DNA of 11,689 nt from Paraspadella gotoi (taxonomy: Eukaryota; Animalia; Chaetognatha), in contig JBJCIZ010000753.1 of NCBI GenBank assembly GCA_051294375.1, positions 1-11,689 of the forward strand, written 5' to 3'. The notes beneath the pieces are model-generated. The model saw nothing but the letters and a program-made list of their open reading frames with translations. It was not told the DNA's origin and did no database searches. Shown here piece by piece: positions 5,400 to 11,689 of this stretch. A program made the translations under genes and the position numbers. The stretch's first letter is position 1; each line of letters begins with the position of its first letter.

Positions 5400-8300
5400 A
5401 ATACTGCTCCAAATCACGCTATCGAGTGGTCATTTTTATCGAATATGTCGTAATTTGGTTTAAATATTTATTTCATCGTCAAAAGTCACGATCTCGATAG
5501 GCGTTAAATTAATGTTGGTAGGATTTTTTTTATTTTTCACATACGAGCGTTTCCGTTGATCCCATTCCAGAACTTGGGATGAGTAACCGTTTGAGTCCTT
5601 TAAGATGAGGATGAGGTTTTCAGATTGTGGGACGACGGTTGACGGTGAGATAGAGAGGTGAGTGTAGAGGACGACGTCCGGAAACGAGGGAGAGTGGCAG
5701 TGGCATCGATAGAGACTATATTTTTATTGATTTTCAATAATTCCTACTTTGACATTCAAGATTTTGTTATGTACGTGTGACTGTTAGAGTAAATGGATCC
5801 TAGGGATCTGGAATTTATAATTGAAGTGATATACCTGTATGGTTTGAACAGATGTTGCTCAATAGAAATCTTTAAATTTCTGTACTCCAGTTATTTAGAC
5901 CGCGACTCTCTCTCTCTCACCATTCTGTTTTCACTTATTATAATTGTTAAATCAATTCACTATTATGTAATGGTTTATTAGGTTTTATTCAGCAGAAAAC
6001 TCCGAATTATAGCTCTTACGATCTTTAACGCTCATAAGATATCGTTACGTGTACTATATTTGCTGTTTATCTCGTCGCTTTGAAATCATTAGACAAAAAA
6101 CCCGAGGAAGTTTAGTCACGGTCTCGTATCTAGGTGAAAACCTCTCCCCTCTCGTATTCATCACATATATTGAACTAAATTAATTCCGATTATTGGTGTC
6201 GCCCGAATATTCATATGGGATATTATATATAGTATTGTAATTCATATATATGACGGTTTACTCTAAATAAAAAAATTGTTTACATGGTTGACAGTGTTTT
6301 CTGATTAATTAACTCTAGACACTCAATTTATTATCTTATACAAATACGATTCTAAGGCAATGGACGTAGCAATTTCGGCGGCTCAACTTATTTCTCCGGG
6401 AATGGCCTTCATCATTTCTTATTGATTCGCATGTTGTTAGTGTGTTTTCTTGGTGTCACGAAAGTGCCTAGTCCCCTACGCACGTCTCTGCACTCGTCCT
6501 TTCGGTGCTATACCGTATCTCCGATAATACTGAGTTTCCGTAACTAAGAATATTGACTGGTACATAAATTTGTTGTGTAATAGCTATCAGATTTTACAGA
6601 AACCTTACAAGACGAGTGGAATATATGAAGATATAGAATCAATATTAAGATACTGATGACCTACGACGAAGCCCGAGATCTGCACTTCCTCTGATACACA
6701 AAGCATGCCGCTGGCTGTAACTCACATCGGAACTTATCCCCCTAGTGGGACATTCCCGGCTCTACAGAGGTCAAGACATTACTTTTCATCTCGGAGTGTA
6801 AGAACTAATTTATGCCACCCGCTATGCTGCTACAAGAAGTGGTCTCTCAGCGAAAGCGTATGTTGCGATATTTTTACGGGGAAGTTGTGAGGTTGTTCTT
6901 GACCTCCGACTCATGCCGATATTGGTGGTCAGATTTCACGTCGTTCGTGCATCGAAGCCAGGATTGGGCACCCATCTGTGGCTTCAGGATTGTGCAGGCG
7001 AGGAGGTATTGACCAGATGGATGAAACATCGCCGAAGAAAGTGACAGGCGGCGCGACGCGCGCCGCGCCTCTGATGTTATGTGATTAGCAATGCCCTCGC
7101 ATGCGCTCGAGATGTCGTCGGTCTCCGCAAAGCGTCTGCTTGCAGCGGTCTAGGTTCCTCGGTTGTCTCTTGGTCGAGGAGTACTGTCAGGGAGATGCGG
7201 CCTCGCTCTTTCGTCGGGTCAGAGAGTAATGCCTCCTCTCGTGTGTGTTGGTTTTACATCCATAACCCTGATAAAATCATAAAAACATAACTCATACTAG
7301 ACTGTGCTCTATTACACTTGGTATCTCCGAGTGGTAGTTATTCATGCAAGCGTTATACTTATTGTTTGTGTTTTTATTGACGTGGCTTTATTGTGTATAT
7401 TGGATATAATAAGAGACCGAAAAGACGGGAAACGGTAGATTGGATAGATACTTAGTTGTAGTTAATATAAAGGAAGCTTGTCGTGACGCCTGGGTGTATG
7501 AGTAGTCTCCTTCGATCGTCAGCATCTCGAGAACAAAGAAGTGCTCACGAGTCGAATCCGCCTCGACTCGCTGAATAGTCAAAGTAAGCGAGACGCATAG
7601 AGTGACTACGAGGACGTGTGCAGGAGTATTGTGTTCCCGATCGAGATCGAACCGAAATTAATTGACGAAAGGAGCGCACAATAAATCGCGTGGTAGTAAA
7701 AAAAAGCCTTCTTTAGTTTTCTGCAGGTTAAGTACTCTTCCTTTTCGCGTGAGTTCGATTGTTTTTACGCGTGGCGTCCATTATTCGTGCGCCAAAGAGC
7801 GTCTCACAAATCGTATATTACACGTAATCGCCCGAATCAATTCCATGGACCCTGTGCCGTCTAGAGTGACTCCCTGTGTTGGTGGTCGCTATTAAGATGA
7901 GATGTGTAACTCTATCGTGAATAGTTGATAGGTGATATATTCCTCAGGGTCATAGGTGGATTTTTTGTGTCGCTTGAACAGTAGAGTGACGTCTTCTTCA
8001 TCAGACACTTCAGTTTCTCATCCTCCGGGGCTTGGGATAATGTCCTTGTCATATAAGCAATTTTATTTTCATGTTATATATGTAACTTGGTAATCAGTTT
8101 AGATTATTCTACAGTGTTCGTCTTATCTCTGATATCATATTAATCTCCTTATATATCATATAGTTAGTAGGTTTTGAGCAGCATGCGCTATATCAAGATG
8201 TGCTCACGAGGAAAAGGTGTTATAGAAAGACGGTGAAAGAGAACAGTGAAAAAATGTGAACTAAGTGGTGGGTGGCTATTCGACCGCCAAAATTGGGGAC

Positions 8301-11300
8301 ACGTATGGTTAAGGTCGTATCGTGGGATAGTTGTTGGTAAGACTTATCGATGCGCTTACATTTCTTTCATAGTTTTATGTCATTATTTTTCTCCCCTTCC
8401 GTGGACCTTGGGACGGATGGTGTACAGTTGTGGAAGGGTCTTCGCGACGGAGGCTGGGCTCTGGTTTGTAGGCCGGGGTAAACGCAAGAGTCAGTTGTGT
8501 AGCGTAGAAGTTCTCTTCGGAAATAGTCAATATGTGACTAGATCGAGTGTCTGATGATCTATGTTACTCATCACTAGCATAATCTTCAAAAGTTTAGTGC
8601 TGTGTATTAAGTAGCGCACTCTGGCAATAACAGAGGTTGTGTTAAAGATTTATTGTATCATTTTACTATAGTAAATAGTCTTCATAATTTTGCTGCTTGA
8701 ATTTTATTTTCCGGATTGTCCGTTTTTTTTAATTATAAATGGTAGTTCGTGATTTAAGAGTCTGTATGTTTATTCTAAATTGGTGAAAGCTCGTTATATA
8801 CCATGGGACAATATCATCTGAGTACTCTGTTTCTGCATTGGGTTTTGGACTAGACGGCATTTCTTATAACAAGTCATCAATACTCTCATCTAGCCGACCT
8901 GCATGCATCGTGCTGATGCTAGTGCGATTTGTCTTAAGTCTCTTCTCGCTGTCATCATTTCTGTACCACATCCTTGTTTGAAGAAATCTATTCAAAACTT
9001 GGTGCAAATTTGGACAGTTACGGTTATATTGGCCATTTACAACTCGTCTTCTCAGAACATCCGTATGACGCGTGATACTGCTGTATCTCAAAAGTTCTAG
9101 TACGTTTCATAGAAACAAAAAAGCAGTAGTTCTATCTCTGCCGTCGTAAATAGATTCGTGTCTATATAGTTACAATGCGTCGTATCGTGGCGAGTGATCG
9201 CATGAGCGCGCTTCACGTGTGATCTCCTGAGCTTTATTGGGCTTTTCACGACAGTCGACTCACATCGCTAGCTATTACATGTCTCTCAATCTCAGAGATG
9301 CTGTGAGAGTCTGATGGTAATCATATCGTCTCATGTGCGGTCCTGTCCGTCTGTACAGCGCGATCGAAGAAAGGAAAACGATATGTTATATGGTATGCGG
9401 TCTTCTCCGATGCACATCACGAGATTCCAAGAAGGTGGGAGGTTTTTTTGTACCCTGATGCTTGATGAGCAGGAGCTAGGATTTATTTTGATTTTTTCTT
9501 TTTCTAGAGGGGGGGTTACGATTGTCACTGTTGCTTTGGACAAAACAATCGCCGATTGGGAATTTCAACTGGGATGTATGGTAGGTGAGGCGCTTTATGT
9601 GAATTGATAGTCCGCTTGTTCTGTTTTTAGTTAAACAACTTAATTGTACAACTTAGTTTTACGATCCGGGGTCCGTGGTGTGTTAGTCGGGCACACGATT
9701 GGTTGCGTTCGAGGGCGTGCTTTATTTTTCTTTCGGGAGATTCTGGCCTCCAATCTGCGGTAAAAAAAACAGGAGAAAGTTTTTAATAATATTTATGGAA
9801 GGTCTGGATATTGCTACGTGCGTCGGTGTAACGAGTACCATACGAAATCTAATGGTCTATTATTGGAACATTATTCCTTCCAGTGAACATTTTTCGGTAG
9901 AAAATGTGGTCTCTTTCGCCGTAGGGCTCCTTTCATGTAACTGATCGTTTAAGAATGAAATATCATTAGTCTTCAAATTCGATATCCAGTATCAATATCT
10001 GGGTGTCATTTTGTGATTACCGCCTTTACTGCGTGTACTGTGCTCTGGCTCTATTGTACTTCACGTGTTCCTGTAGCGAGATGGTCTGTGAAGCTGGATG
10101 ACTGACAGAGACATCTCTCGTAGTCTCGCGCTCGTCGTACTGTCTGTCTATCTCGTCTTCTAACTAATCTCAATGCGTCTTTACCTCGCCGCTGCGAGTA
10201 GACTTCTTCAGTACGGTGCTCTAGTCTACACTCGAGTAGTATTGCACGTACGTGCACATAATATACTGTTCGTTCCTGGTGCTAAGCTATCTCTGAAGGT
10301 GATAGATTGGTGCTATGTACGTGGACTTGATACTCTGACTGACTGTACGCCTCCGGACGGTCTCGTTTGATTGCCTCGTTGTGATACTGACGTGACAGGG
10401 CTGATGCCTTACTGGTGACGGAGGATGCGAATGGTGCCGATAGATATATGATAGATACGGCCACAGATGGTAGATGTGTCCTGTGAGTGCAGAATGTTAG
10501 TATTGTTTATTTGTCGTTAATGCACAGCTTTGGAGATTATCTGTCACTTATCTAGTTTCGTACGAGATAGTCTCTATCCCTTTTTTAACGGGTTTTGACA
10601 GTATTAGTGTATTACTCGGTTGCTTGGTAATTAGCTCTCAGTCCTTTTAGTCTCTCGGCTTTACATCTCGTTTTGTGAGGTTCTTGTTCGGTAGTATCGT
10701 TTCAACCGGTCTCGTTGATAGGAATCGTGTATCTCTCAGCCGATCACGTGTGTGAGTCACTCGTGCGTGTCTCGAGAGGTACTGTACGTCTCGCTAGCCT
10801 GGAAGCAATCCCTCCCAGTGTGGGCGTCTGAGTGTTAGTCTAAATTAGCGTATTGGTTCGTGCGTCGATCCTGTATATACTGGGATTTATCTTCTAGCAA
10901 ATAGGTTAGTTATAACTGTGTGCAGGTGGCGTGATCATTTGACTAGAATATTGTCGTCCTCCTTGTGTGTCTGCTCTCGCGAGGTTTCGTCTATGTTTTG
11001 ATCTGTTGATGTACTGTATGTATGATATGCATAATCGCGGTGTCGGGTCTCTATGTGCGAGATAAGCTTCTCCTTTGTGATCTGGTGATTCTCAGCCAGC
11101 TGAGTCGTGCATCTTTGTATCCTCTCGCGGTCGCGTCCCGCTCAGACCTCCTCGAACTCTTCACGTTTGTGTGTCCAGTCGTTGGTGTGGTCTCCGCGTT
11201 TATGTCTAATGGGTGCTTTGCATATTATACTCTGTTATGACGCAGAAAAAAAAGAATGCAATCAGTCTACCAGTGTGGTCTGAGCTGTCTGCGCCTAGTA

Positions 11301-11689
11301 GGAGCGCTCAAATCGGCTATGCAGTAGAAGGCTAGCTGTGGTAAAGAGTCTCATGACCATGGCACTCATAACCTGCGGAACTACCAGTGTGCTACGCGTG
11401 CATCTTCATGAATATTACACGGCTATACTAGAGTCTAGTGATGTTGGTTTATGTGTGTGTTGCCTGTGGTCTCTGCTATAATGAGTCATGTCTAGGTTGA
11501 TTATAGATCTACGCTTGGTACTCTGTGAGCTCGTACCGCCAGTTAATCAATAGTCGATGCAGCTGGCTCGATGTAATCATATACAGCTATATAAGATCTA
11601 TATACTGCGTGTCGATTGTCCGTTTGGAATCTGTGCTGTCGATGTACGTTTTCAGTCACATCTCTGTCTCTCCTGTGTGCTGCATTCCT
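5400..11689. other. Featureless sequence, probably low-quality uncorrected long-read sequence or an assembly tail
   Basis: No ORF exceeds 102 aa and none has a recognisable domain. There is no exon/intron GC mosaic, and the long A/T homopolymers typical of 1-4500 become scarce. Short tctc/gtgt/cgtc stutters dominate and T exceeds A (10921-10980: 22 T, 8 A, 16 G, 14 C). The region directly follows a stretch where indel density visibly rises. Confidence 0.6.

Noticed and set aside
7046-7070. GC-rich imperfect hairpin AGGCGGCGCGACGCGCGCCGCGCCT
   Set aside because: It is low-complexity CG stutter in the noisy region, with no U-tract or associated gene.
5793-11240. The many 60-102 aa ORFs in the distal half
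   Set aside because: They are short, overlap on both strands, have random-like composition and no motifs, and lie in probably unreliable sequence.
5100-11689. Fold-back chimera (distal half as a reverse complement of the first half) or a retained sequencing adapter
   Set aside because: I could not find the mirrored (GAAA)n tract, mirrored AT-rich introns or an intact adapter by eye. A very noisy copy cannot be excluded without a dot-plot.
1-11689. CRISPR array, prokaryotic operon or defence system, tRNA or rRNA genes
   Set aside because: I saw no regularly spaced direct repeats, long intronless ORFs or conserved RNA-gene motifs. The window has spliceosomal introns and microsatellites, so it is eukaryotic.

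Overview
This is eukaryotic genomic DNA, probably from an invertebrate (arthropod-like promoter motifs, very AT-rich introns, CpG-rich exons). The ORF track misses the main feature: a spliced + strand gene for a monocarboxylate-transporter-family (SLC16/MCT, MFS) protein. It starts at ATG 1920 and has at least six coding exons to about 5095, possibly continuing to about 5283. Exons 1-3 splice cleanly in frame, while exons 4-6 keep clear MCT motifs but carry more and more small indels. Upstream lie a TATA/Inr-like core promoter, a ~190-nt (TTTC)n/(CT)n pyrimidine tract and an AT-rich repeat-like block with a perfect 19-bp inverted repeat and a possible Tc1/mariner-type end. Intron 5 holds a DINE-1/HINE-like (Helentron-derived) insertion. 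From about 5.4 kb to the end I find no recognisable gene or repeat, and the sequence reads like uncorrected low-quality long-read sequence at a contig end. I found no convincing novel system. The most interesting biological point is the transporter's residue combination: a lysine equivalent to MCT1 K38 is present, but the TM8 Asp/Arg pair appears to be absent.
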